Shown here: positions 1 through 13,238 of the stretch, in pieces
Layout: the number at the start of each line of letters is the position of its first letter
Position numbering within the stretch: the stretch's first letter is position 1
Origin: Gracilinanus agilis
Taxonomy: Eukaryota
Assembly (NCBI RefSeq): GCF_016433145.1
Contig: NC_058133.1
Coordinates: forward strand, 123,493,208 to 123,557,207
DNA: 64,000 nt
Direction: 5' to 3'
Translations under genes and position numbers: made by a program
The notes under the pieces: model-generated
What the model saw: the letters and a program-made list of their open reading frames with translations, nothing else
What the model was told of the DNA's origin: nothing
Databases searched by the model: none

Positions 1-50
<50 letters not shown>
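1..50. repeat. (CT)n microsatellite
   Basis: Read directly from the sequence. Confidence 0.98.
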
Positions 51-51
<1 letters not shown>

Positions 52-149
52 ATTTTCCCTACCTTCACTCTTTCTATCTGTAAATAAACTACCATAAAAA
101 TTATCCTGACTTGGTTCTTTAATTTGAAATTATGAAAATTGATTCCTGG

Positions 150-800
150 CAACCAAAACTCTTAAATATCCAGTTCAACCATAATTTTTACCTCTTACAT
201 CCTCAATACTTCATGATTGGACTATTAGCCCGACTCAAGTCTCTGTCTGCTCTAATCTATCCTCCAATCAGCTATCAAATTGATTTTCCCAAAGGAAAAT
301 ATGATCACATCCCTACCTATTCAGTAAACTCCAGCAGTTTCCCATCACCCCCATGATCAAATAAAAAAATCCTTTGATTGACTTCCAAAATAGCCTATTG
401 TAACTTGGCCCTCTCCCTACCTTTTCTATCTTCTTATACCTTACTTCTTCCTACATGCTCAGCAATCCATTGACACTGAGACTCTTTGCCAATTCTGAGT
501 TTTTTTACAGTCTGTTCCCCATGTCTGGAACACCAGCTTCTACCTCCTAGCTACTCTGACTTCTAAGTCTCAGCTAAAACATCACCTTTTGCAAGAGACT
601 TTTTCCCATCTTCCCTAATATCAGTGCCTTCCCTCTGAGATTACTCCTCATTCTATCCTATATTTATCTTATTTTTACAAGGTTGTCTTCTCCCTGTTAG
701 ATTGCAATCTCATTGAGATTATGGTCTATTTTTTTTGCCTGTCTTTGTGTCCCAACACTTAGCACATTGACTGGTACATGGTGTGCATAAAGAATTCCAG
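150..800 (+). mobile_element. L2 LINE 3' fragment
   Basis: C/T-rich L2 body ending cccaacacttagcac...tggtacat. Confidence 0.7.
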
Positions 801-1795
801 CTTACTGATAGAAGTTCTTTGAGTATATTAATAGGTCAGATGGTAGTGACATGGTTTCAAGGAAAACAAGGCAAATGAGAAAAATGGGCTCAAAGGATCT
901 TAGGACGCAGTGGCAAGGCAAATGGTATGGGTAATGGTCCTCTAATAGTACCATAGTTAACTCCTCCAAGTATTATACATATCCAAGTCTACTGCTGGGA
1001 TGGGGAGGGAAGTAAAGCCTAAAGGAACTGGCTTACCACCATTAGGAAGCCTTAAGGTCCTAGTGAGACGAGTGTTCCAGGCTCCCTCTTAAAGAGATGA
1101 TGATGAAGGTAGAGGGTTTGAGGAGGGAAGGGTCCAAACAGAAGAGGACAATGGCAAGAATAATGGAGTACAGGGGCTCCCAGTGAGGACTCTTTCCACT
1201 TGACATGCTCTATTTATCTTTCAAATATCTTCAAACCCGACTCCTTCATATTTCCAATTTTATTATATATCATTCTCTTTCATATAGACTATAGTTCACC
1301 AATACTGGCCTATGTGTTCTTCATTCACTGTGCTCTATCTGTCCTTGCTGGTGCTTTTGTACTGACTTTCTCCCTTGTCTGGAATCCTCTCTTCACCTCT
1401 ATCTCCTAGAATCCCTACCTTCTTACCAGACTCAGCTCATACATCTCTTTCAGTAGGAGACCTATGTCCCCTAGGTGCTTTAGCAGATGCATCTTCCATA
1501 TTACACCCATTTAAATGCATGCTCTCTCTCCCATTCAAATGCCCTATATGTTGAGACCCAGGATCCTGGAAGGTTGAAACTTCAATTGGTTGGTACTTCC
1601 TCTATACTTTGGTTGGTAAAATATATCCCCCTGCAATCAGGCACTATACATTCTAGTGACACTGGAATAAAAGCTATCCCCTGAAGTCAACATTCATTTG
1701 CCCCCCTCTGCATTTATTCTCTTTCCTTATCTCTGGATCGGTTCAGCTGTCACTTCAGGGGTACAGTCCTTAACATAGTCCAAACACATAGTAAG

Positions 1796-1976
1796 AGGGG
1801 CAGCTGGGTAGCTCAGTGGAGTGAGAGTCAGGCCTAGAGACAGGAGGTCCTAGGTTCAAACCTGGCCTCAGCCACTTCCCAGCTGTGTCCCTGGGCAAGT
1901 CACTTGACCCCCATAGCCTACCCTTACCAATCTTCCACCTATGAGACAATACACCGAAGTACAAGGGTTTAAAAAA
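1796..1976 (+). mobile_element. SINE1_Mdo-like CORE-SINE, short-tail variant
   Basis: tRNA-like head, CORE domain and A tail. Perfect 14-bp TSD aaacacatagtaag at 1782-1795 and 1977-1990. Inserted into an L2 3' tail. Confidence 0.9.
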
Positions 1977-2161
1977 AAACACATAGTAAGTGCTTAATAA
2001 ATGTTTGTTGTTGACTTTTATGGAGTTGTCCCTAATTCCTAAGTTGAAAGTTCTCATTCTCTTTCTGTGCTTGTCTCCCATTCTGTGTCCATTTCTGTGT
2101 GTGTCTGTCTCTTTCTCTGACAATCTATATCTATCTCTCTGCCTGGCTGTTTTTCTGTGGA

Positions 2162-2162
<1 letters not shown>

Positions 2163-2249
<87 letters not shown>

Positions 2250-2256
2250 TCTCTGA
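2163..2256. repeat. (CT)n microsatellite
   Basis: Read directly from the sequence. Confidence 0.98.
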
Positions 2257-4679
2257 CTGTCTCTGTGTTATCTCTGAGTCTTCTTTAAGTCATCTCGAAA
2301 ATTAATCTAGTCTGTGTGTGTAGCTATTTCACTGTGTCTATCATCTATCTCTCAGTGGTGTGTGTGTGTGTGTGTCTTTGTATCTCTGCATCCCATCACC
2401 TACCTTTTGAGATTATCTTATTTTTCCTTATGTACATATATGTTCCAGCCTTCCAATAAAAAGCAAACTCTTTGAGGTCAAGGACTCTGATTTTTGCTTT
2501 TATACCCCAACTAATATGTATCATAGCACTTTATATTATTAAATACTTAATAAATGTTTGTGGAATTCAGTTGAACTGAGTTTAAAATTAAACAATTTCT
2601 TTTATTTGCAAAGGTTTTCTCATGCATCAAATAAGCCAGGTTTACTGACTCCCATCTAATGATTATTCTCTGACTCAGTTCCTATATAAAATTAAAGTCA
2701 TTAGTCTAGACAAAAGGAACTATAGACCTTGGGGAACTTCCAGATATTATAAAATCTCTTCCTTTAATCCCTTTAAAATGCATTAACGTTGGATCATACA
2801 AGGAGTAGGAAAGCCTAGTAAAGATACAGTCATAGCTCACCATTATTTCAGAGTTTAACATCATTCTATTGGAATTTAGATGACTTTGATAGCCTATAGC
2901 CTTATTTTGAAAAAAGGAACTAATTGGAGTGCTTATCAAAGATGAATGATTTCATCACAGGGCAGAAAGAGGATAAAGTCCTTAGTCTTGAGGCACACAA
3001 TGTATTGCCATGATAGTAGCTACCCTGGGGCTAGTTTTATCGAAGAAAAGGAAGATACAAAAACAAATTTTCAATTAACTCATAGTAACTAAATATGTTT
3101 ATTATTACAACTGAAAATAAAATATTTTTGAAGCATAAATATTTTATGAAAACTAAAGATCAGGGTAAGAGGCATTCAAACCTAGCAAATGAGAAATAAC
3201 CCCAGCTAATCCTTGATTACTCATATTCTTTGGTCTGTGAGGGAATATACTAAGAATGTGTTGGCACAGCTCAGATTATTGAATAGTAGGAAGGTTTATT
3301 GTATGAAATGTTTTAAGCTAGCTCTGTTACTTATAATACTAACAATAATGCATACTGAGAGTTTGATTGTAGTTAATTCATAAGAGCTGTGATTAATGTT
3401 ATAAAAGGGTCACAAATCAGAGCCAGAGAATAAAAGAGAAACTATTCATGGATACTAATAAATTGCTCTGTGAAGGCTTGGCCACCCTTGCAGGTAATGA
3501 TGTCACAAAATGATGAAAGAATCGTTAAGGAGCCAGCAAAGTGGCACTGCTTGGCTAATGTACTGATCATTGCATCACACTTGGCCAGGAGCCTCTTAAA
3601 GGCAACAGAGATGAAAGGAAGGCAAGAATGCCCAAGACTGCATGCCCCACCTCACATTCTCTTCTTTGAGGCTAAACTTTCAAATAGTGAAACTAACCAT
3701 GCTTAGTCTTATATATCAGCATGAAAAGTACCTTGTGAAGGGCAATGCCAATTTATAAACAAGCATTCCATCTAAAATACAATGTGGTTTGTTTCTCAAA
3801 AACTTATTTTTTCTGTCTTTAAGTATAAGAAAAAGAGAAAACATTCTAAAGAAATGGGGAGGTATGGGAAAGATAGAGATAAAGAGAGATTAAAAATAAT
3901 AGCAATAGATAACAAATAGTCCTTATTCTGCCCCAGGGTGACTTACAATCATTACCTCATTGGATCCTGAAAGGTAAGTGCCATTATTAGCTCCATTTTA
4001 TAGATGATGAAAATGAGGCAAACAGAGGTTTAGTGGCTTACCCAATAACATCCAGCTAGTAAAGTGTCTGAGGTCAAATTTGAACTCAAGTCTTCTTACT
4101 CCAGGCCTGATGCTCCATCACTATGCTGTCTAGCTGCCTAGAGGCATATGGATATAGAAACGAAGGAGAAACAGGAAAAGAGATGAAATGAAGAAAGAGA
4201 GGGAGAAAGAGTGGAAAGATGATTGGACCAAGGGGGAGGATAATAGGTGGGGAAGGGGAGAGGACAAGAGAGAGAATCCTAGAGAAAGAAAATGATATAA
4301 AAGGGAAAATCTAATGCTTTGAAATAGTTTAAATACATTCAATGTTATGAAGTACTAAAATAAACTTTTAACTCCCTTCCCTACTAAATGGCCATAGCAA
4401 ACCATTTAGGATCTCTTTATCTATTTAAGACTTTCCTAAAATGGATCCAGGAAATATCTCAGCTATTTATTCAATTATTCTTACTTCTTTACTATAATCA
4501 TTCTAAACCAAGAAATTTATCAAAAACTATTAAAGATTATGGCTTATTAATGAGATAATGTTTGTCTTACATTCCCCGCAATTTGGAGACATGTGCAAAG
4601 CAAAGTATTTAAAATGCCAAAAGAAAAAGAATCAGTTGCAGTTTCTTGTCCTATGAATCATTTATTGCCCATTGTCTTT

Positions 4680-4925
4680 AGGATAACTATGTGGTATAAT
4701 GGATAGAGCACTGAGCTTAGAATCAGAAAGACAACTTCATGAGTTCAAATCCAGCCTCAGACACTTTTAGTACCTTTGTAACCCGGTGTAAATCATTTAA
4801 CTCTATTTGCCCCGGTTTCCCTATCTGAAAAGTGAACTGGTGATAGAAATGGCAAACCAATATCTTTGCCAAGAAAATCCCAAATGGGATCACAGAATCA
4901 GACATGTTTGAAACAACTGAACAGT
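4680..4925 (+). mobile_element. MAR1-like CORE-SINE with RTE/BovB-type tail
   Basis: CORE followed by gaaatggcaaacc...tctttgccaagaaaatcccaaatggg...acaactgaacag. Confidence 0.75.
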
Positions 4926-6122
4926 AGAATACTGCAAAAACATTTAACATTGAGGAGAGTCACTGAGATTCGCAAAAGTAATAATTAATTAAAATATGAG
5001 TGGGAAAGAGTTGTGGTTTCTCCTAGAACTAGAACTAGGTTTGGAAATTCTTTAGATTTTGGGCTTTGGGGGAAGGGTAGTAGGTAGAAGAGAGCTGGAT
5101 GGAAAGAGTAGAAAGAGTGAAGGTTGATTTGAATTGTTCTGACTAAACCCAGGGTGATTTAATTCACTATTCTGACTATTAGTCAAGGTATAGTCTACTA
5201 GACCATAATGTTCTATAACTTTCTGAAGGTAAATAAGGTGTTTAAAAAGAATGTACTCCCAGAATAAAGATAATGACACATATATTCTGCTGAGTTCTAC
5301 TCTTTTTTTTCCCCCCTTCATTCATTTTCACTTCCGCTGAAAACACTTTCTCTTACAAAGAGCAATTGCCAAGAACTGGCATATTCTCAAGGCTTACGTT
5401 TTCAACTGTTTGCCAAATGGCTGTAATATAATTCACAAAAGCCCTGTTTATTGAGTAATATTATTAATGGTTAGCAGAATACTGTGAAATTGAAGACATT
5501 CTTTTTGGATTATTTCCAGGTCTTTAAAAAGAACCACTAGTTCCAATAGGAAATGGATGGTTTATCTTAAAGCTTATTATTTTTAAAAGTGAAATAACAC
5601 AGAATGCATTTAACTAGATGCAGTTAAACTTGTTCTTCTCCTGGTCAAGTGTCCTTACCCATGATAGGCCCCAAAATGCCTAGTGCTAGGTAATGAGTCT
5701 ATATGGTCGACCAAAAACAAATGGATAAATGATTATAATTATTAAGGTCATAGTTCACACTAATATTTTTTTAAATAGCAAATGAATACAAGGATGAACT
5801 GTGATTCTTTTCAGTCACAGAATTCTCACTGTGGGAATTTCTTCCACCAATGCAGGTTACAACAAAGCTAAGAATTTACTAGAGAACTGACTAAGATATA
5901 GAGGTTAAATTAGCTATATGACAGTAAGGGTCAGAGGTGAGATCTGAACACAGGACATTCTGTATCCAATCCCAGAATTCTAAGCCCCACACTAGTCAGT
6001 CAATAAATATTTATTAAATGTTTTCAAAGTTCCAGACATTGTATTAAATTTGGGGATACAAAAAAAGACACGTACATTGTCTCTGCCTCATAGAGTTCAA
6101 ACATATTAAAAATGAAATTAAG

Positions 6123-6325
6123 GAGATAGCTAGATAACTCAGTGGATTGAAAGCCAGTCTAGTGATGGGAGGTCCTGGGTTCATATTTGGTCCCAGACAT
6201 TTCCTAGCTCTGTAATCCTGAGCAAGACACTAAAGCCCCATTGTTTAACCCTTATTTCTCTTCTGCTTTGGAATAAATTTTACAATATTGATTCTAAGAC
6301 AAAAGATAAAGATTTTTAAAAAAAG
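6123..6325 (+). mobile_element. Older SINE1/CORE-SINE copy
   Basis: Diverged head, CORE and tail with the same architecture as the SINE1-like copies. Confidence 0.7.
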
Positions 6326-7119
6326 AAATATATATACATATATATAAGATATGTACAGAATCCATGGAAGGTGGTTTCATAAGGCAGATATTAGAAACTA
6401 ATGAGATAAAAAAACAAGGGGAAAAGTTCTTATGGAAGAGGGGATTTGAGCTGTCTTAAAGAAAGCTAAGAGAAAAGAAAGATTTCCACCTACAAAGAAC
6501 TGCCACTGGAAAGTCATATAGTCCCACTTTCCAAGGAAGGAATGTAATCTTTACAGGATAAATAGGCTGCCACTAATTCAAGATTATGGTTTATCTACCT
6601 CCCTAACATATCCCTAATTTATCTTCTCTTTACTCACAACCATCTAAGGCTTTCATTACCCACCCCTCAGCAGCACTATATTATAATGGCTTCCTGACTG
6701 AGGTTCTGGTTTCCAGTCTTCTCATTTGAACTCATCCTCTGCATAGTCAACAAAATAATCTTCCTAAAGCACATCTTACCATGTCACTCTACTGCTTTAA
6801 GTATCTTCAGTGGTCCCCTATTGCATCCAGGATAAAATACAAACTCTCCAATTTAACATTTAAAGCTTTTTAAAATCTAACACCAACCTTCCATCTTGGT
6901 GATTCCATATTGCTCCCTTTCCTATACTTTCTATTCCTATCAAGCGAGACTATTTGCTATTCACTATATTTCAACTTCCATCTTTCAGAACTTTGCCTTT
7001 AAACACCCTTTCCTCATTTCAAGAATGTATGCTCTCATCACATCTTAGAATTCCTAATTTCCTTAAAGGCTACTTTTAAGGGAAGCCTATCCTGATCTCC
7101 TTAATTTTCAGTATACTAC

Positions 7120-7310
7120 GGGCAGCTAGGTAGCTTAGTGAATAGAAAACCAGGACTAGAGTCGAGAAGACCTGGGTTCAAATTTGGCATCAGACATTTC
7201 CTAGTTGTGTGACGTTGAGCAAGTCACTTAACTTGAATCGCCTGGCCCTTACCTCTCTTATGCCTTGAAAGTGATCCTTAGTATAGATTTTACAAGAAAA
7301 GGTAAGAATA
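7120..7310 (+). mobile_element. Older SINE1/CORE-SINE copy inserted in L2
   Basis: gggcagctaggtagcttagtg head, CORE domain, diverged tail. Confidence 0.7.
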
Positions 7311-7491
7311 TTTTTTACATTATCAGTGTACTCCCCTTCTTCAAATTATCATAAGTATATCTTTGATCACTTAGAGAGGAAGAGTACACTCACTAATCTA
7401 TGTGTATAATCTAAGATCATAATCCCCTTCACCCTCAAGAAAGAGGAAAGCCCCATGAGGGCAAGACTTACTTTTTACATTATGTATATAA

Positions 7492-7671
7492 CAGTGGTTC
7501 CCAAAATTTTTGGCCTACCGCCCACTTTCCAGAAAAAAATATTACTTAGCCCCCTGGAAATTATTTTTTTTTAATTTTAATAGCAATTAATAGGAAAGAT
7601 AAATGTACCTGTGGCCATCACCGCACCCTGGATCGCTGCAGCACCCAAAGGGCCCACTTTGGGAATCACTG
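7492..7671. mobile_element. hAT (Charlie-type) MITE, copy A, 180 bp
   Basis: TIRs cagtggttcccaaa / tttgggaatcactg. Flanking 8-mers gtatataa / gtatatag match at 7/8, consistent with a hAT 8-bp TSD. Inserted in an L2 tail. Confidence 0.85.
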
Positions 7672-7929
7672 GTATATAGCTTCATATCCTAGTAGTAGAC
7701 CTTGCAGATAGTAGGCACTTAATAAATATTTTTGGACTAGATCTCATGAATTAAAAGAGCACTTTCTTAATGTTTTCTTATATGAAACAAAACAGTGAAC
7801 TACATCTCTTTTCTTTTTTTTTTAATTTCTTTTATCTTATGAAATGAGTAGAGCAGAGTCTTCTATTAAAGACCTCTTCTAATGTTCCCTTATGGTGTAA
7901 AGCTAACTTTTGGCTTCCCAAAGTTATTC

Positions 7930-8390
7930 CCCAATTGATATCTAAACAAATGATAGTATAGGAATTTAATAGAATACTATTATGGTATGAAAAGAGACAA
8001 AAGGAATAATTTGAGAGAAACCTGCAAAGATCTACATGAAGGGATGCAGAGTGAAGCAAGCAGAACCAAGAGAAAAGTTTATGCCATCAAAATAACACAA
8101 ATGAACAACTTTGGGATATATAAAAACTCTGATCAATACAATGTTAGAATTCTTAAAAGAAGATGAAGAAGGCTGCCACCAACCTCCTGATGAAGAAATT
8201 ATAGACTATATTATGCAGAATAAGAGACATTTCTGGACATGGCCAACATGGGAATTTGTTTTTTCTTCACTATACAAATTTGTTACAAAAATTTTGTTTT
8301 TTCTCTTTCCCCTGGAGCAGTATGGTGGGAAGATAGAAGGCAAGGAAAATTAATTCTTATTAATTGATAAATTAATTTTTAACTGAAAAA
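7930..8390 (+). mobile_element. L1 3' end fragment
   Basis: Marsupial L1-like ORF2 end and 3'UTR (atgcagagtgaagcaagcagaaccaagagaa...ggacatggccaacatgggaatttg). Confidence 0.7.
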
Positions 8391-8579
8391 TCTCTAAGTT
8401 CCAAGTTTCTATAATTTTTAAAAAGTCTGAGTGCCAGACCAGTACTGTATAGACATTCAATGACCAGACTACCTAAGTCCAGAAAGTCTCATTACTAGGA
8501 AAGTTGGTAAAAAGCAAATTAGGAAGATAACAAATATTATTATCAATAAGTTCACAAGCATTTGTTATTTTCTAAATTC

Positions 8580-8830
8580 TTTGTTGTTTGATTGTCACAG
8601 TAATATCCAGCTCTTCATAATTCTATTTGGAGTTTTCTTGGCTAAGATTCTAGAGAGGCTTGACATTTCCTTCTCCAGCTCATTTTCAGATGAGGAAACT
8701 GAGGCAAACAAGAGTTAAGTGATTTGCACAGGGTCACACAGCTAGTAAGTGTCTGAAGCCAGATTTGAATTCAAGAAGATGAGTCTTCCTTACTCCAGGG
8801 CCAGCACTCTATCCACGGAGCCATTTAGCT
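8580..8830 (-). mobile_element. MAR1-like CORE-SINE
   Basis: Reverse-strand ttccttctccagctcattttcagatgaggaaactgaggc motif. Confidence 0.75.
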
Positions 8831-9052
8831 GCTTGAGCTAAATACTAAGAGGGCCAATCCCTGCTGGCAAGAAGCTTGCAATATAATTGGGAAGATAAGA
8901 GAGAAATGTAGTAACTTAGATATGTGACTAGAGATTACTCTTTCTATTATTCCTTCACTACAATGGAGACAAAAGTGTGTGTGTGAGAGAGAAAAGGAGA
9001 AGGGAGGGATAGAGCAAGAGGGGAAGAGAGACACAGAGAGAAAGAGAGGAAA

Positions 9053-9187
9053 NNNNNNNNNNNNNNNNNNNNNNNNNNNNNNNNNNNNNNNNNNNNNNNN
9101 NNNNNNNNNNNNNNNNNNNNNNNNNNNNNNNNNNNNNNNNNNNNNNNNNNNNNNNNNNNNNNNNNNNNNNNNNNNNNNNNNNNNNNN
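9053..9187. other. Assembly gap (135 N)
   Basis: N run. Confidence 1.
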
Positions 9188-9390
9188 GAGTCAGGAAGAC
9201 CTGAGTTCAAATCTAGTCTCAGACACTTACTAGCTGTGTGATATGGGCAAGTCACTTAATTTCTACCTGAAAAATAGCATCCCCTAGAGATGGAAATGGC
9301 CAACCACTCCAGTATCCTTGCCTAGAAAACTCCATGGATAACTATGGTCCATGGGGTCATGAAGAATCAGACATGACTGAACAACAACTC
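9188..9390 (+). mobile_element. CORE-SINE with RTE-like tail (ccatgg...ggggtcatgaagaatcagacatgactgaacaacaac), 5' end lost in gap
   Basis: CORE followed by gagatggaaatggccaaccactccagtatccttgcc, similar to the recalled BovB/RTE 3' end. Confidence 0.7.
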
Positions 9391-9479
9391 TAAAGAATAT
9401 TATACCAGAATTATCAGGACAGGCAGTTGTCCATCCCATTTATATCTAAGTATAGTACCTATAGAAATGTAGTTTTCAG

Positions 9480-9684
9480 GGGGCAGCTGGGTAGCTCAGT
9501 GGATTGAGAGCCAGGCCTAGAGACGGGAGGTCCTAGGTTCAAGTCCGGCCTCAGACACTTCCCAGCTGGGTGACCCTGGGCAAGTCACTTGACCCCCATT
9601 GCCTACCCTTACTGCTCTTCTGCCTTGGAGCCAAATCACAGTATTGATTCGAAGATGGAAGGTAAGGGTTAAAAAGGGAAAAAA
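9480..9684 (+). mobile_element. SINE1_Mdo-like CORE-SINE, long-tail variant
   Basis: Full length. Perfect 16-bp TSD agaaatgtagttttca at 9463-9478 and 9685-9700. CpGs retained. Confidence 0.9.
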
Positions 9685-10246
9685 AGAAATGTAGTTTTCA
9701 CAGAGAGTATTTACATACACATACACACATTCACTGATCACAATCTTTTATTGTTCAAGTTTGTCCTATTCCTGGCACTTGTAACACATAGAACTATTTG
9801 AGAATTAAGTAATGGTCATTATTAATATCTTGTTTAAAAAGTTACCCCAGTTCTGTTTGTCATGGATAGTATTGTCTTGACTGTTAGTTTTATTCTCAGC
9901 CAAAAACTAGCCTCCATTGCTTAAAGGTAAATAAAATACAGAGCCTTATTGATATTATATGCCATGTAAATGTAGCAGAAAGTTGTAGATGTAACATACA
10001 GGATTGTTACATTTTTTTAAATAATATTAATATAATGTTCATGTATTTAATTTGTGGTCTTCTCTAACTCCCAGATCACATTCTGTTCTAGTTGTATCTA
10101 GTCAGTCATTCCTGTAATGCTTTAATTTGTGATCTTTGTCTCAGTTAAGTTAAGCATGCTGAATTTCTCCATATGTAAGAAATACTTCTACTGTTAAATT
10201 ATTTTTTTTCCAACTTATCAATTTTTATTTCCCTTTCTTTTTTAGT

Positions 10247-10505
10247 AGGCAGCTAGGTGGCGCAGTGGATAGAGGGCCAGAACTAGAGTCAGGAAGGCTC
10301 ATCTTCTGAGATAAAGTCTGGACTCCTCTTTCTATTTACTAATTGTGTATCCCTGGGCAAGTCATTTAACCCTGTTGGCCACAGTTTCCTAATCTTTAAA
10401 ATGCGCTAGAGAAGGAAATAGCAAACCATTTCAAAATCTTGGCCAAGAAAACCCCAAATGGATCACAAACAGTCAGACACAACTGAAAACGATTTAACTT
10501 CAACA
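10247..10505 (+). mobile_element. MAR1-like CORE-SINE
   Basis: ggcagctaggtggcgcagtggatag head and gagaaggaaatagcaaacc tail. Confidence 0.8.
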
Positions 10506-11180
10506 TAATTGTCAATTGAGTCTCCATAATTTTTGAAAAAACATATTAAAATTACATTTAAATTTTAAATAATTAACAAGAGCAAAATTGTCTTAAAAAA
10601 CAACTTTTGCCTTAATAAAATGATTTATGGTTCTCTGCATACTTATAATCTCTTGTTTCTTAGTAAAGACATTTTTTAAAAAACAAGAACTATGACCATC
10701 TTTTGTTTAATTCTAATAATATAATTATATACATAATTATACATAATTATTTATATACATATATAATTATAATTCTTATAATAAGGTCATACATAATTGA
10801 GCACAAAGGTTAACAGTCTTTAAAAAAAAGATTACAATGAGGCAGAAAACAAAAAAAGAAATTCATTCAGGTTTTAGTTGCAGTGGCACCTGGTTTGAAT
10901 TCATTAAAACAATAAAATTTTTAACATAGCAAATAAATTTACAGATGATCCCTTTCTCTCTTGATAACTTATTTTTCCCTCTATAAGACATATGAAATCA
11001 AGGTAATAAAAAATATAAATGGTTTTGAGATTTTTAAATATTTTATGAAAAAAGTTTTATCTAACATTAATATACCAATTATTTTCATTCATCCTTAGAT
11101 ACAAAAGAAAATATGTTGAATTTCTATTAGAAATGAACTAAAGCGTAAAGATCATTCTGTTAACAAGAAAGAGAACTCAC

Positions 11181-11274
11181 ATTTTGTCCTTCAGTGTAGC
11201 TTTCCTGAGAGCAGAAGCATCGATAAGGTTTGCTAATCATGTCGCAATCATTGGCATGACCATGACAATTACAT
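11181..11274 (-). CDS. USH2A: Usherin coding exon (exon 9 equivalent), first laminin-EGF repeat: (R)CNCHGHANDCDMISKPYRCFCSQESYTEGQN
   Basis: Manual translation. Acceptor attcacag| and donor AAT|gtgagt. Length 94 nt, phase 2 to 0. Shows the laminin-EGF CxCHGHA...C...CxC...G pattern. Confidence 0.96.
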
Positions 11275-11903
11275 CTGTGAATAGAAATATTAGATGACTA
11301 CCTATAAAAATCAACACTACTTTCAGTCTAATTCAGGCCCTATGTACCCACATGGTGAAATGAAAGAATGCCATGCAAAAAGAAACTTCCAAATTGCATT
11401 TATTACAATTATTCAATATTTGTTAAGTGCACGAATTACCCACTTTACTTTGAATGGGAATACAGAAAACATAGGGTCAAGTGAGGGAATTTTTATTCAG
11501 TTATTTAGTTGATCAAGTTCAAAATTTTGGGGGTTTATAATATACATACATACATATGTTTATATATAATATGCACATATACCTGGATTTCTTTTGGCTG
11601 TGTGAAGAATTCTCACTCCCTCCATCAATGTAAGTAACCACTTAATAGTTAAATCCTAGGCAGCTACCTGAGGCATATAATAGCTTAGTAACTTGACCAG
11701 AATTTCCCCAATTGGAAAAGGTCAAAGACTAGCTTTTAATTCAATTATTTCTGACTCCAAGCCCAGCTTCTAGAAATCTAGTCTATGATGCTTCCTGCCC
11801 CTCTTTTTCTTTTCCTCCTCTCCTTTCATCTTCCTTATTACTCTCTTATTCTTCCTTTCCTCTTCCTTTAAAGATTAGGTATAGATGAAATGTCTAGATA
11901 CAG

Positions 11904-11908
<5 letters not shown>

Positions 11909-11938
<30 letters not shown>
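11909..11938. repeat. (AT)n microsatellite
   Basis: Read directly from the sequence. Confidence 0.95.
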
Positions 11939-11941
<3 letters not shown>

Positions 11942-12613
11942 AAACTTAGGGGATAGTATAAGGGGGTGGGGTCAAACAAATCAATAAATCATTCACCAGA
12001 TTCCAATGAAATATTGAGGGAAATGTTTTAAGCCTAATACCTTTATCAGGGGAGAACATCTCTGTTGGCTCAATCGCTAAATCACACCACCACACTTAAA
12101 ATAACCATCTTAACCACTTGAGAATACTTCTATCAAAATCATTCAATTGAATTATACTACATATTAGAAGTTCCCACCCTTACATGTATATACATATATA
12201 TATGTGTGTATATATATATATATATTTGTTTGTGTTTAAATGTGTGTATTCATTAGATATTAAATTCAGCAATAACATTTGTTCACATTTATACTATTTA
12301 CCCTATGCATCTTTAGATACTCTTCTATTGTTAAATTTGCATGTTATTTATATGGCAAAAGTATTCCTTTTATAATATTTTATTATTAATATGTGCAGTA
12401 AAGGTGCGATCCAAAGGTTATATTGTTTTTGCCTGATATCTCTTCCTTTCCAAAAAAACAAAAAGTGCAAAGTAAACAAAAAAAAATACCTCCACACCAA
12501 GATTTTTGCTATGGTTCTATTTTATTTGGTAGAGTAATTTGAAGTGCTATCATCCTTAATTATACTGAGAAAGTTATAAACCACTCAAGGATCATCAGAT
12601 TGTCCTTCTAGAG

Positions 12614-12807
12614 CAGTGATTCCCAAAGTGGGTGCTACCTCCCCCTGGTGGGTGCTGCAGCGATCCAGGAGAGTGGTAATGGCCACAGGTGTATTTATCT
12701 TTCCTATTAATTGCTATTAAAATTTTTTAAAAAATTAATTTCCAGGGGGCTAAGTAACATTTTTTCTGGAAAGGGAGTGGTAGACCAAAAAAGTTTGGGA
12801 ACCACTG
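12614..12807. mobile_element. hAT (Charlie-type) MITE, copy B, 194 bp, inverted relative to copy A
   Basis: TIRs cagtgattcccaaa / tttgggaaccactg. Flanks ttctagag / ctctcgag match at 6/8 and resemble the Charlie NTCTAGAN target. Its reverse complement aligns end to end with copy A. Confidence 0.85.
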
Positions 12808-13176
12808 CTCTCGAGTAAAGCCTGGGATATCAAGGATGTATGGACATTAGGAAGCCACAACTCATACATAAGCTGACTTCTGCTGCAATTATTCCCCTCT
12901 ACTGGTGCTAGAGCCTCTTCTAGGTTTATTGCTGTTGCTTCTTTTCCTTCTGATTATCTGAGAATTTGGACAATCACATAATCTTCTATAAATATACAAA
13001 TTTCCAAGCCCTAAGTCCAGGGAAATAGCTGTCTCTATCATTTGAGAGAATATAGAGGAAAATCATGCCTCAGGGTGTTTCCGGCAGATAGTAAATGGAG
13101 TTCTCTGTCCTGGCTGTGCCCACTGAATGAACTTGAAAGGAGGCTGACACTGGCATTTTGTAGAGAATATGTAGCT

Positions 13177-13238
<62 letters not shown>
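13177..13238. repeat. (ATAG)n tetranucleotide repeat, about 15 units
   Basis: Read directly from the sequence. Confidence 0.98.

Larger units (their letters stand above)
6580..7740 (+). mobile_element. L2 LINE 3' fragment interrupted by a SINE and a hAT MITE
   Basis: L2 motifs (ccaggataaaatacaaactc; cacttaataaatatt) resume after each insertion. Confidence 0.7.

Noticed and set aside
1990-2305. SL-repeat ORFs
   Set aside because: Translation of the (CT)n microsatellite. The same applies to the poly-Leu ORF at 13935-14144 from (AGG)n and to the gap-spanning ORFs at 8947-9255.
1-11180. USH2A exon 10
   Set aside because: No CDRCLPLYND-like exon found, so it presumably lies beyond the window start.
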